Of a stretch of DNA of 32,000 nucleotides, positions 1 to 7,336 are shown piece after piece. The position numbers and the translations under genes were made by a program. Each line of letters starts with the position of its first letter. Position 1 is the stretch's first letter. Source of the DNA: Erysipelothrix larvae (GTDB taxonomy: Bacteria > Bacillota_I > Bacilli_A > Erysipelotrichales > Erysipelotrichaceae); contig NZ_CP013213.1 in the NCBI RefSeq assembly GCF_001545095.1, positions 1,080,001 to 1,112,000 on the forward strand. Reading direction: 5' to 3'. The notes under the pieces were generated by a model. The model had not been told where the DNA came from. It made no database searches and saw only the letters and a list, made by a program, of their open reading frames with translations.

Positions 1-229
1 CAACTTGCATTTCAATTTCTTCACCGAAGGTTTGTCCTTCTACTTGAATTCCACCTGTGTCGATGAATCGTAATTCTTTTGTTAACCAAGTGGTTTTTCC
101 ATAAATTCGATCACGGGTAACACCTGGTGTTTCATGAACAATTGAGATTCTTTCACCCATAATACGGTTAAAAAGAGACGACTTACCAACGTTAGGACGT
201 CCTACAATTGCTACTACTCCATCTATCAT
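1..229 (-). CDS. der: GTPase Der/EngA, N-terminal fragment (continues past window start)
   Basis: Reverse translation from ATG at 229 gives [37 protein letters not shown]... The P-loop GRPNVGKS is present. The ATG overlaps the cmk TGA (ATGA). Confidence 0.9.
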   Translation of the reverse strand, partial: MIDGVVAIVGRPNVGKSSLFNRIMGERISIVHETPGVTRDRIYGKTTWLTKELRFIDTGGIQVEGQTFGEEIEMQV

Positions 230-885
230 TTAAGTCCCCTACTTTCAATTATTTCCATGATTAATGCAACACTTTCTTCAATTGATAAATATGTCGTATC
301 AATTTCAACAGCGTTATCGACTTTCATGAGCGGTGATTCATCACGATGTGTATCTTGATAATCACGATTCACTAAATCAGTATAGACATCATCATATTCA
401 ACGTTTGCTCCATTAGCAATAAGTTGATCATAACGTCTTTTGGCACGAACAGCGACATCTGCTGTTTGAAATATTTTCACTTCAGCATCCGGTAGTACTA
501 CCGATGTGATATCACGTCCATCCATAACAAAACCTTTTGATTTCGCCATCTCTTGTTGCATTTCAACAAGACGTTGACGAACACCTTTAAAACGAGAAAC
601 AGCGGATGCTCCTTGAGAAACTTTCTCATGACGAATGGCTTGTGTCACATTCATGTCATTAATAAACACCTCTCCATTTGAGAGTAGCTCAATAACACTG
701 TGATTTGCAACTTCAGTGCATCCGATTTCATCATTTAAATCAATTTTGTTTTTTAAACATTGATATGCTATTGCACGGTACATAGCACCTGTATCAATGT
801 GTGTAAAATTCAAAATACGCGCTAATTGCTTAGCAATTGTACTTTTTCCTGAGGCGCTTGGTCCATCAATAGCAATATTAAACAC
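226..885 (-). CDS. cmk: cytidylate kinase
   Basis: 219 aa ORF. N-terminus [16 protein letters not shown]...IDTGAMYRA is typical of Cmk. Confidence 0.95.
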   Translation of the reverse strand: MFNIAIDGPSASGKSTIAKQLARILNFTHIDTGAMYRAIAYQCLKNKIDLNDEIGCTEVANHSVIELLSNGEVFINDMNVTQAIRHEKVSQGASAVSRFKGVRQRLVEMQQEMAKSKGFVMDGRDITSVVLPDAEVKIFQTADVAVRAKRRYDQLIANGANVEYDDVYTDLVNRDYQDTHRDESPLMKVDNAVEIDTTYLSIEESVALIMEIIESRGLK

Positions 886-909
886 TTAATCAACTCCTAA
901 TAATCTATT

Positions 910-1992
910 TTAACTAAACCAGAACATTTTCACAATAAAGGCAACCACCAAAAAGAAACACAAAAGCACAATCGCAATCACTGTATTGAGGATGCGATTT
1001 GTTTGAACCATTGATTTACTAATTGATTGAATATCTTTTTGCTGCTCTTCTAATTTTAATTGGATTGTCTTTGTTTCTTCTAAAGCAACTCTATTAAGTT
1101 CAAAAACATCGACATTTTGTTCAAACCCTGTATCAATTGAACTTTGAATGATTGAAGGCTCATGCTCTATATCATCGATAATTGGCTGGCTTTTTTGAAT
1201 CGGTTCTGGTTGTTCATCAACGATACTTTGTTGTAAGGCATCATTTGATAAGGGTTGTTCTTTTGTTTCTTCAGAATCAATCGTTTTAATTTCTTCTGTA
1301 AAACCTTCAAAAATTGGAATATCACTGGTTCTCCAATTTTCTTCAGGGTCTAACCCCTGTTTTAATAACAACTCTTTTGAATTCATTAATTCTGAATCAT
1401 GAGAATCGAGTGTCTCATTGGGTTCAACATCATCAAAGAGTGTTTCGATATCTTGGACTAAGTCATCATTTAAGTCGTCATAGTTTTCTTGGAAAACAAA
1501 ACCGAAATCTTCTGGATGCACTAATCCTTGACCATATTCTTTCGTTTGATTGATTTCATTAACAGCATCTTGGTTCTTTTCAATGGAACTCACCAGTGAT
1601 TCAATTGAATCAACATCATCGTCTTCAATATGAATGTCTTTTTTGATGACTGAATTAGTTGTAAATGTACCAAGGATGTTAGTTTGTGTGTCATCAGACG
1701 TTCTATACCCTTTTTTTACATTGTATTCTTTAACTTCTTCTAAAAAATCCTTGAGATACTCATTTTCAAACGTATCATAAACATTTGTCAATGATTCATT
1801 ATCTGTAACATCATCACGAGCATGACTTGGATCATGGGAAACGTTCCCCATAATATTCATACGCTCAAAACGACTATCAATATCATTAAGCTGATTAGCA
1901 TATCTTGATAAGTCGCTGGATTCAACCTTTTCTTCGGTTGAAGATGCAAGAGTCTCATATAACTCATGGTTTTTTTGAACACGGGATTTCAT
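910..1992 (-). CDS. hypothetical, very D/E-rich protein with a coiled-coil-like segment and a single C-terminal TM helix (tail-anchored)
   Basis: Long ORF. ATG at 1992 is preceded by GAGGTG (the track start at 1995 is GTG). The C-terminal hydrophobic stretch is ILNTVIAIVLLCFFLVVAFIVKMFWFS. I recognise no family motif. Confidence 0.7.
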   Translation of the reverse strand: MKSRVQKNHELYETLASSTEEKVESSDLSRYANQLNDIDSRFERMNIMGNVSHDPSHARDDVTDNESLTNVYDTFENEYLKDFLEEVKEYNVKKGYRTSDDTQTNILGTFTTNSVIKKDIHIEDDDVDSIESLVSSIEKNQDAVNEINQTKEYGQGLVHPEDFGFVFQENYDDLNDDLVQDIETLFDDVEPNETLDSHDSELMNSKELLLKQGLDPEENWRTSDIPIFEGFTEEIKTIDSEETKEQPLSNDALQQSIVDEQPEPIQKSQPIIDDIEHEPSIIQSSIDTGFEQNVDVFELNRVALEETKTIQLKLEEQQKDIQSISKSMVQTNRILNTVIAIVLLCFFLVVAFIVKMFWFS

Positions 1993-2011
1993 CACATCAC
2001 CTCTATGTTAA

Positions 2012-2020
2012 AGTATATCA
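2012..2020 (-). promoter_or_regulatory. candidate extended -10 promoter (TGATATACT) for the acidic protein/cmk/der unit
   Basis: Minus strand reads aaaTGTGATATACTtt, which fits TGnTAnnnT. It lies about 20 nt upstream of ATG 1992. Confidence 0.35.
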
Positions 2021-2028
2021 CATTTATA

Positions 2029-2547
2029 TTAGTTCATTCTATCTATTTGCGGTTTGATTAGTGCAAATACACCGCATAATATTGCACTTTTTACAAGGTT
2101 GAAAGGTGTGTAAACACTAAATAATAATCGAATTCGTTCAGAGGATTCGTTAATGCCATACCATGGCATCGTAACAAAGTAATTCATCACAAACATTCCT
2201 GCTGATGCTAATAGAATTGCGATTATTGATTTTATCAGATATTTGTCCCATTTTTTCCCTTTTAGTAATGCAAACGGGAGCATGATGAGAATTGAAAATG
2301 ACATATTGGCAACTTCCCCAACAACTGGTGATGTTGAACCTAAGAAGAATAGATGAATTAAGTTCTTCAAAAAAGCAACAATTATCCCTGGAATTAACCC
2401 TAACATTGATCCAGTGACAATTACTGGTAGATCACTAAAATCCATCTTTAATGGTTCAAAGACCACAAAATTTAAAGCGTAAAGCGCAACGGAAACCGCA
2501 GTGAGAATTGCAATTTTAACCATTGTTCGAGTATTGAATTGTTTCAT
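2029..2547 (-). CDS. ribU: ECF transporter S component, riboflavin transporter RibU-like
   Basis: 172 aa multi-TM protein. Motifs LKMDFSDLP, GEVAN and PFNLVK match my recollection of B. subtilis RibU/YpaA. It sits directly downstream of an FMN riboswitch. Confidence 0.85.
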   Translation of the reverse strand: MKQFNTRTMVKIAILTAVSVALYALNFVVFEPLKMDFSDLPVIVTGSMLGLIPGIIVAFLKNLIHLFFLGSTSPVVGEVANMSFSILIMLPFALLKGKKWDKYLIKSIIAILLASAGMFVMNYFVTMPWYGINESSERIRLLFSVYTPFNLVKSAILCGVFALIKPQIDRMN

Positions 2548-2599
2548 ATTTACCTCCTATATGTATCGTTACGAAACATTCATACTCAAGGCAAACATG

Positions 2600-2718
2600 A
2601 AAAAAAACTTCTTCCATCCAGACTATACTGTCGCCACCGGGAATTATCCGGTTCCTGCCAATTATTGACTCGTGGGGTTTACCACCGATCGGGAATTACA
2701 CCCTGCCCTGAAGTACAT
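2600..2718 (-). promoter_or_regulatory. FMN riboswitch (RFN element)
   Basis: Minus strand reads ACTTCAGGGCAGGGTGTAATTCCCGATCGGTGGTAAACCCCACGAG...GGAACCGGATAATTCCCGGTGGCGACAGTATAGTCTGGATGGAAGAAGTTTTTTTT. These are the hallmark RFN conserved blocks. P1 is ACTTC/GAAGT. Confidence 0.92.
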
Positions 2719-2722
2719 ACAT

Positions 2723-2751
2723 ATCATACACAATTATTGTGAAAAATTCAA
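2723..2751 (-). promoter_or_regulatory. promoter of the riboswitch-ribU unit
   Basis: -35 TTGAAT (2746-2751), 17 nt spacer, -10 TATGAT (2723-2728). It lies just upstream of the aptamer. Confidence 0.55.
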
Positions 2752-2781
2752 CAAAATAAAAGGATAGAGACACCTCTATCC
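2752..2781 (-). terminator. intrinsic terminator of efp
   Basis: Minus strand reads GGATAGAG-gtgt-CTCTATCC followed by TTTTATTTTG. Confidence 0.85.
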
Positions 2782-2795
2782 ATGATGGTTATTGA

Positions 2796-3356
2796 TTAAT
2801 TTGCACGTCCTGCATATTTACCATCGTTAGTATTGATTAGAATTACTTCGTCTTGATCAATGAACAATGGAACACGTACTGCATATCCTGTTTCAACTAC
2901 AGCATTCTTCTGTGCATTTGTAGCTGTGTCACCTTTTACCGCAGGTTCTGCTTCGGTTACTGTTAATGCAATTTTTTCAGGTAATTGAACACCTAACACT
3001 TCATTTTCATACATAACAATTGTAACATCTAGGTTACTTGTCATGAAATTCATTTCCCATTCTAAGCGCTCTTTTGGAATTTCAATTTGCTCGTAAGTTT
3101 CTGCATCCATAAATACTAAACCTTCACCAGCATCGTATAGATATTGCATTGAGCGTTTGTCAATATGAGCAGGTTCTACTTTATCGCCACCTGTGAAGCT
3201 CAATTCTGTAATTGATGAAGTTCTCATGTTTTTAACTTTAACTTTAACAATCATTTGTCGCATAGCGGTTTTGTTGTGCGAAATGTCAAGAACTTGATAC
3301 AAGTTATTATCATAAATAATGGACATTCCAGATCTTAAATCGTTTGATGAAATCAT
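2796..3356 (-). CDS. efp: elongation factor P
   Basis: MISSNDLRSG... aligns along its length with remembered B. subtilis EF-P. ATG at 3356 is preceded by GGAGG. The track ORF start at 3371 is an upstream extension. Confidence 0.95.
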   Translation of the reverse strand: MISSNDLRSGMSIIYDNNLYQVLDISHNKTAMRQMIVKVKVKNMRTSSITELSFTGGDKVEPAHIDKRSMQYLYDAGEGLVFMDAETYEQIEIPKERLEWEMNFMTSNLDVTIVMYENEVLGVQLPEKIALTVTEAEPAVKGDTATNAQKNAVVETGYAVRVPLFIDQDEVILINTNDGKYAGRAN

Positions 3357-3706
3357 TCTATTTGCCTCCACTTCAAACTATCGTCACTAATTATACCATA
3401 CTTAGCGCTAAATTCACTAGTTCCTGAAACATAAACCGTATATATTTCATCAGTTTTTTCAATAAATATCGTTGTATTTTGGTAATAGAAGGTCTCTGAT
3501 TCGAATTCTTTGTCTAGAGAATTCAAGATATTTGCGATTTCAAATTCTAATTCAAGATGTTCGATTACAATCCGCTTATGATGTTGGCCCTGAATATACG
3601 ATGCATATCGCTTCAGTTCAAAATGAAGATAGCCACACACAGAAATCATCAGAATTAAAGTATATAACAGAATACTACCCTTTTGGTTTCTCAAATGAAA
3701 GTTCAT
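3353..3706 (-). CDS. comGG: ComGG-like minor pseudopilin
   Basis: ATG at 3706 has an AAGGGG RBS. The N-terminus is MNFHLRNQKG|SILLYTLILMISV (prepilin-like leader plus hydrophobic helix). It is the last gene of the comG cluster. Confidence 0.6.
   Translation of the reverse strand: MNFHLRNQKGSILLYTLILMISVCGYLHFELKRYASYIQGQHHKRIVIEHLELEFEIANILNSLDKEFESETFYYQNTTIFIEKTDEIYTVYVSGTSEFSAKYGIISDDSLKWRQIE
3390..3398 (-). promoter_or_regulatory. candidate extended -10 promoter (TGGTATAAT) for efp, embedded in the comGG coding sequence
   Basis: Minus strand reads gtaTGGTATAATtag, about 35 nt upstream of the efp ATG. Confidence 0.5.
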
Positions 3707-4049
3707 AACGATTCCCCTTATATACATAGATAAGTTTTATTGGATTTGAGCAAGAAAATTCGATGGATTGAACATCTTGTAATAGGATTTCATACCCTGG
3801 TCTTTTGATGATTCGCTCGCGGTCAAATACAATTTCTGATTCATCGATTGTTAATAGTGACTTGTCACATGTTACGGCGTTAGTTTTAGTATACAGATTC
3901 AAAATCTGCAGTTCAAAGAGTTCATTTTGGGCGATGAATGGTGTGTTATGGTTGATTAATATTCTGAGAATTAAACTGGATACATGGAGCAAAACCATCA
4001 CACAAAACAATCCTAGTAAATAATTTACAAGTGTATATCCCCTTTTCAT
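3675..4049 (-). CDS. comGF: ComGF-like minor pseudopilin
   Basis: N-terminus MKRG|YTLVNYLLGLFCVMVLL. An internal PGYE motif resembles ComGF family members. It occupies the expected operon position. Confidence 0.65.
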   Translation of the reverse strand: MKRGYTLVNYLLGLFCVMVLLHVSSLILRILINHNTPFIAQNELFELQILNLYTKTNAVTCDKSLLTIDESEIVFDRERIIKRPGYEILLQDVQSIEFSCSNPIKLIYVYKGNRYELSFEKPKG

Positions 4050-4153
4050 TGCATTACCTTTACCATGATTGTAACGAGTTGAACAACGCCAATTAACACG
4101 ATAAGTGCAATTAGTGATTCAAGCAGGATACTTCCCTTTTTATTACCGTTCAC
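4046..4153 (-). CDS. comGE: very short ComGE-like pseudopilin (about 35 aa)
   Basis: GTG at 4153 is preceded by GGGAGG at 7 nt. The product is VNGNKKG|SILLESLIALIVLIGVV...VMQ, with Glu at +5. The longer track ORF (to 4258) overlaps comGD out of frame. Confidence 0.45.
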   Translation of the reverse strand: MNGNKKGSILLESLIALIVLIGVVQLVTIMVKVMQ

Positions 4154-4445
4154 ATTTAAACCTCCCAAAACCCAGTTGGAATACACAGGTTTTTCGACCA
4201 AATTGTTGTGTTTGTGCTTGATTGATATTTCCGTTTTTATTAAACCAAAGATTTTCATTTACAGTACATCGCGTCTTTTCAGCCATTGCTTCAAGTTGAC
4301 AGTATTGAAAGTCAGTGAAACTGTCTTCAATCAGTTGAGATGATACCATTGGAATTGCAAAGACAAGGATAATAATGACACTGCAAAGACATACAATCAG
4401 AATTTCAACCAAAGTAAATCCATTATTGTGTGACTGCTTGACCAT
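4143..4445 (-). CDS. comGD: ComGD-like minor pseudopilin
   Basis: N-terminus MVKQSHNNG|FTLVEILIVCL shows the class III signal peptide pattern G-FTLxE. Confidence 0.7.
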   Translation of the reverse strand: MVKQSHNNGFTLVEILIVCLCSVIIILVFAIPMVSSQLIEDSFTDFQYCQLEAMAEKTRCTVNENLWFNKNGNINQAQTQQFGRKTCVFQLGFGRFKCER

Positions 4446-4716
4446 TGGATATCCCTATATTTGTTCCGTCTTGACACTGTGTTTGACGTTGGGTAATGAT
4501 ATTTTCTGACACTAATTGACCGATTGATGTGGGTGTTTTATCGACTTTAAGAATGTACTGTAAGATTGCAGCATCAACAATTTTTAATTGTGCATCACAT
4601 CCTTTATCATTGACTGTTTTAAGGGTATTTGAAATATTTGGTACTGTAAGTAAAAATAAGATAACAATGATAACCATTACCAGAACCATTTCCATTAATG
4701 TAAAACCTTTTTTCAT
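4423..4716 (-). CDS. comGC: major competence pseudopilin ComGC
   Basis: N-terminus MKKG|FTLMEMVLVMVIIVILF is a canonical prepilin leader with Glu at +5. A Cys pair is present in the mature part. GGAGG RBS. Confidence 0.85.
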   Translation of the reverse strand: MKKGFTLMEMVLVMVIIVILFLLTVPNISNTLKTVNDKGCDAQLKIVDAAILQYILKVDKTPTSIGQLVSENIITQRQTQCQDGTNIGISNGQAVTQ

Positions 4717-5708
4717 TATTGAAGCACCTCCACAATTTTGAGTGTTTGATATAGCAAACCATAGTACAAACTCACAACAATCAATACGTCGACAAAAGAT
4801 ATAAAACTTATGTAACGATGAATACGGCTAAGATTTTTGTTCATGATCTCAGTAGATATTTTATTAAAGCGTTCAAGGTTTTCAATGAGTCGATTATTAT
4901 ATAAACCGGTTTTGATAAAACCAATTAATAACGGACTGAGCATTGGAACATCAAGACTTGATGATAAAGGATCCCCTTTCTCAAGATTCGCATCAATTTG
5001 AAATGCGACCCATTGTGGTTCAAGACCTAAATCATAGGTTCGCATGACATCAAGCACATGTTTCATACTGTTGTTTGATTTCCAAATGCACAATAATGTT
5101 TCGGAAAATAAGTAGGACACGATGTTTACATAATATAATGCCAAAGGTGTATCTTTAATGAATCCATAAACGATGATTCTATTTTTAGGTGTGCGAATGA
5201 ATAGTGCAAACAAAACGATTGCAAGGACACAGATTGACTTAACTAACACGAGGGAGCCACTTATAAAGTTAATAAATGAGCTGCTGTTTTTTACGCCAGT
5301 ATCCACCAATAGGTCTTTTACAAATCCAGAGAAAAAAGATAAATGAAACCATAACATAAAATATGAAACACTCATTAGAATTAGTGGATATGTGTTTTTT
5401 GCGAACAAACCAATCATAAACTTATGTGTATATTTTTTTATTTCAACATACCGTTTAAGTAAATCAATGTCGTTTAAATTGCCTTTGTTATTTCGGGTTA
5501 TTTGGTGAATTGCTTGTTCTGTTTTTGTTGCATTCATCCCTAGAACTTGGATTGTTTCTTCTAGAGATACATCATATTCAAGACAGGCAAGGATGTGTTC
5601 CAGTTCGTTTAGCGGAATTTGTTTATTAAACTGTGATTTTATATACGTCGAGATATGGTACCTTATTGGCTTGATCCATGATTCAATAGAGTTCAATAGT
5701 TGCTTCAA
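4716..5708 (-). CDS. comGB: ComGB, type II/IV platform membrane protein (GspF/PilC family)
   Basis: Polytopic protein between comGA and comGC. The likely start is TTG at 5708, preceded by GGGGAGG. The track start at 5771 lies deep inside comGA. Confidence 0.8.
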   Translation of the reverse strand: MKQLLNSIESWIKPIRYHISTYIKSQFNKQIPLNELEHILACLEYDVSLEETIQVLGMNATKTEQAIHQITRNNKGNLNDIDLLKRYVEIKKYTHKFMIGLFAKNTYPLILMSVSYFMLWFHLSFFSGFVKDLLVDTGVKNSSSFINFISGSLVLVKSICVLAIVLFALFIRTPKNRIIVYGFIKDTPLALYYVNIVSYLFSETLLCIWKSNNSMKHVLDVMRTYDLGLEPQWVAFQIDANLEKGDPLSSSLDVPMLSPLLIGFIKTGLYNNRLIENLERFNKISTEIMNKNLSRIHRYISFISFVDVLIVVSLYYGLLYQTLKIVEVLQ

Positions 5709-6528
5709 GTTGCACCTCCCCTTCAATATCAATGAGTGTTTGATGGACGATACCGTATAAAATGGACTCAAGTGGGATTCCTGTTTGATTCAGTTCTTTA
5801 AATCGATGAATCACATCATGTGCGTGACCTGCATGCATTGTGGATACTACAAGATGTCCTGTTAATGCACAACGAAGGCACTGAAAGAGTTCATCATTTG
5901 TTCGTATTTCGCCTACAGCAATGATATCAGGGTCATGACGCAATATTTGTGTAACATACTCGCCCAACATCTTTGATGGTGTCGAAAGTTGAATTAAGGA
6001 GTCATAGTATTGTTCTACTGGGTTTTCAAGTGTGATGACCTGTTTGTGTTTTAATTCATGAAGCGCACTAAACATGGATGTACTTTTACCCGATCCCGTT
6101 GCGCCTGTAAATAATAACAAGCCATTACGTTTGGTAAAAAATGATCGAATTAACCTAAGATGATGGTCACAAAACCCACATGCTTCTAAAGAAGTGATGT
6201 TGTTTTGATTCAGAATTCGTAAGACTCCATGAGTTTGATACCGTGTCTCGAGCACTGCAAAACGTACGAAAAGCTCTACCTCATCAACAATATAAGTGAA
6301 TTGAGCAGATTGAGGTTCTTGGTACTTTCGAAGTTCAAGTCCACTAAAATACTTAATATACTCAAAGAGTGTCATAATATTGTCTGAATTAAATTGAGCG
6401 ACATAGCGTTTATGGCGTCTAAACTGAATTGTAGACAGGTTTTTATTAAGTGAAATATGAATGTCTGAGGCACCGTGCTTATAAGCTTCTTTGAGAAGTG
6501 TATCAAATTCGATGGATATGTTGTTCAT
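5683..6528 (-). CDS. comGA: ComGA, type II/IV secretion-family assembly ATPase (short form)
   Basis: Walker A GATGSGKST, GASDIHI near the N-terminus, GEIR Asp-box region and TGHLVVSTMHA His box. Confidence 0.9.
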   Translation of the reverse strand: MNNISIEFDTLLKEAYKHGASDIHISLNKNLSTIQFRRHKRYVAQFNSDNIMTLFEYIKYFSGLELRKYQEPQSAQFTYIVDEVELFVRFAVLETRYQTHGVLRILNQNNITSLEACGFCDHHLRLIRSFFTKRNGLLLFTGATGSGKSTSMFSALHELKHKQVITLENPVEQYYDSLIQLSTPSKMLGEYVTQILRHDPDIIAVGEIRTNDELFQCLRCALTGHLVVSTMHAGHAHDVIHRFKELNQTGIPLESILYGIVHQTLIDIEGEVQLEATIELY

Positions 6529-6698
6529 ACTATTAAATAGGATTCTTTGGTTGGAATTCCTAAGATAAAAAATGACAAGTGGCGCATAAATAAAAAGATG
6601 CGCTCACATTCTTGTGATTGCATCTCTTGTTTGCCTATAAACGATTAAAATATGATCAGCTTTTAACATTGGCTTTGGGAATCGTTTAAAAAGTCCCA

Positions 6699-7322
6699 TT
6701 ACCTTTTTGATAAATATGGATTATGTTTAAGTTCATCACTAAACTGTGATATTGAACCATGTCCTGGATATAAAGAAATCTTTTTGTTTTCAAATCGCTT
6801 TTTAAAGGTAATTAAGGAGTTTCTCATTTCAAGGCTGCTACCCCCTTCAAGATCAGTACGCCCAATCGAACCATCCATGATAAAATCACCGATGAAGCAG
6901 TGTTTGTCTAATAAAAAAGCAACAGAACCATGCGTATGACCAGGTGTTTCAATGACTTTAAACGTGAATGAATCGACTTCAATTTTGTTTGAGTTTATGA
7001 TGGTTGGAGTCGCATTAATCATTAGGTTTTCTTGAATCATCCATGAACCATTGAGTTGTGGATTCACCAAGTAGTCTTTGTCTTTATCACTGATGTATAG
7101 GATTGTATTTTCCTGCATTAGATGGTCAACACCTGCGATATGATCAAAATGACCGTGTGTTAAAAGGATTGCGACAATGGGTTTGTCTTGGACCATTTCA
7201 CACACAGCATCATAGTCTTGTGGTGTCGCGATACATGGATCAATGACAATTAATCCGGATGGACTGTCGATAAAGTATGTGTTAGTTTGTACATACCCGA
7301 GCGTTAATTTTTGAATATTCAT
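6699..7322 (-). CDS. MBL-fold metallo-hydrolase (YqgX/glyoxalase II-like)
   Basis: HxHxDH motif (THGHFDHIAG), later TPGHTHGS. 207 aa. Confidence 0.9.
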   Translation of the reverse strand: MNIQKLTLGYVQTNTYFIDSPSGLIVIDPCIATPQDYDAVCEMVQDKPIVAILLTHGHFDHIAGVDHLMQENTILYISDKDKDYLVNPQLNGSWMIQENLMINATPTIINSNKIEVDSFTFKVIETPGHTHGSVAFLLDKHCFIGDFIMDGSIGRTDLEGGSSLEMRNSLITFKKRFENKKISLYPGHGSISQFSDELKHNPYLSKR

Positions 7323-7336
7323 TTATTTCGCCTCCT

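Noticed and set aside
1314-1553. 79-aa plus-strand ORF inside the acidic protein gene. The same applies to the other plus-strand track ORFs (3472-3708, 3805-4023, 4529-4741, 9630-9926, 10381-10617, 10762-11091, 11223-11534, 13713-14203, 15444-15680, 16653-16955, 17031-17294, 17969-18479, 20997-21384, 24129-24311, 25079-25468, 25951-26241, 26402-26896, 28566-28808, 29555-29752, 30768-31028, 31467-31978).
   Set aside because: All lie antisense to well-supported minus-strand genes. They lack an SD and have odd compositions. They are the expected shadow ORFs of AT-rich coding DNA.
2539-2742. 67-aa plus-strand ORF
   Set aside because: It is the reverse complement of the FMN riboswitch and ribU leader. 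It has no RBS, and the RNA element explains the sequence conservation pattern.
3357-3371. N-terminal extensions in the ORF track for efp (to 3371), comGG (to 3727), comGB (to 5771), dgkA (to 18664), era (to 17839), phoP-like RR (to 20928), rpsU (from 22027), pstS (to 26889) and fda (to 27972)
   Set aside because: Downstream starts have proper SD sequences, match family N-termini or a lipoprotein signal, and avoid long overlaps with the upstream gene.
6545-6566. SigH-like motif AGGAATT...GAAT upstream of comGA
   Set aside because: The spacing between the AGGA and GAAT elements is about 9 nt. That is well short of the ~14 nt I recall for sigma-H promoters. It would also leave almost no leader.
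6566-6607. Hairpin between the MBL gene and comGA as an intrinsic terminator
   Set aside because: The stem is reasonable, but the U-run starts about 6 nt after it. I kept it only as a comment in the comGA-upstream finding.
6604-6669. 21-codon ORF (MLKADHILIVYRQTRDAITRM) upstream of comGA as a possible competence pheromone or leader peptide
   Set aside because: It has no SD. The sequence is not hydrophobic or aromatic-rich like known ComS/XIP-type peptides. The idea is pure speculation.
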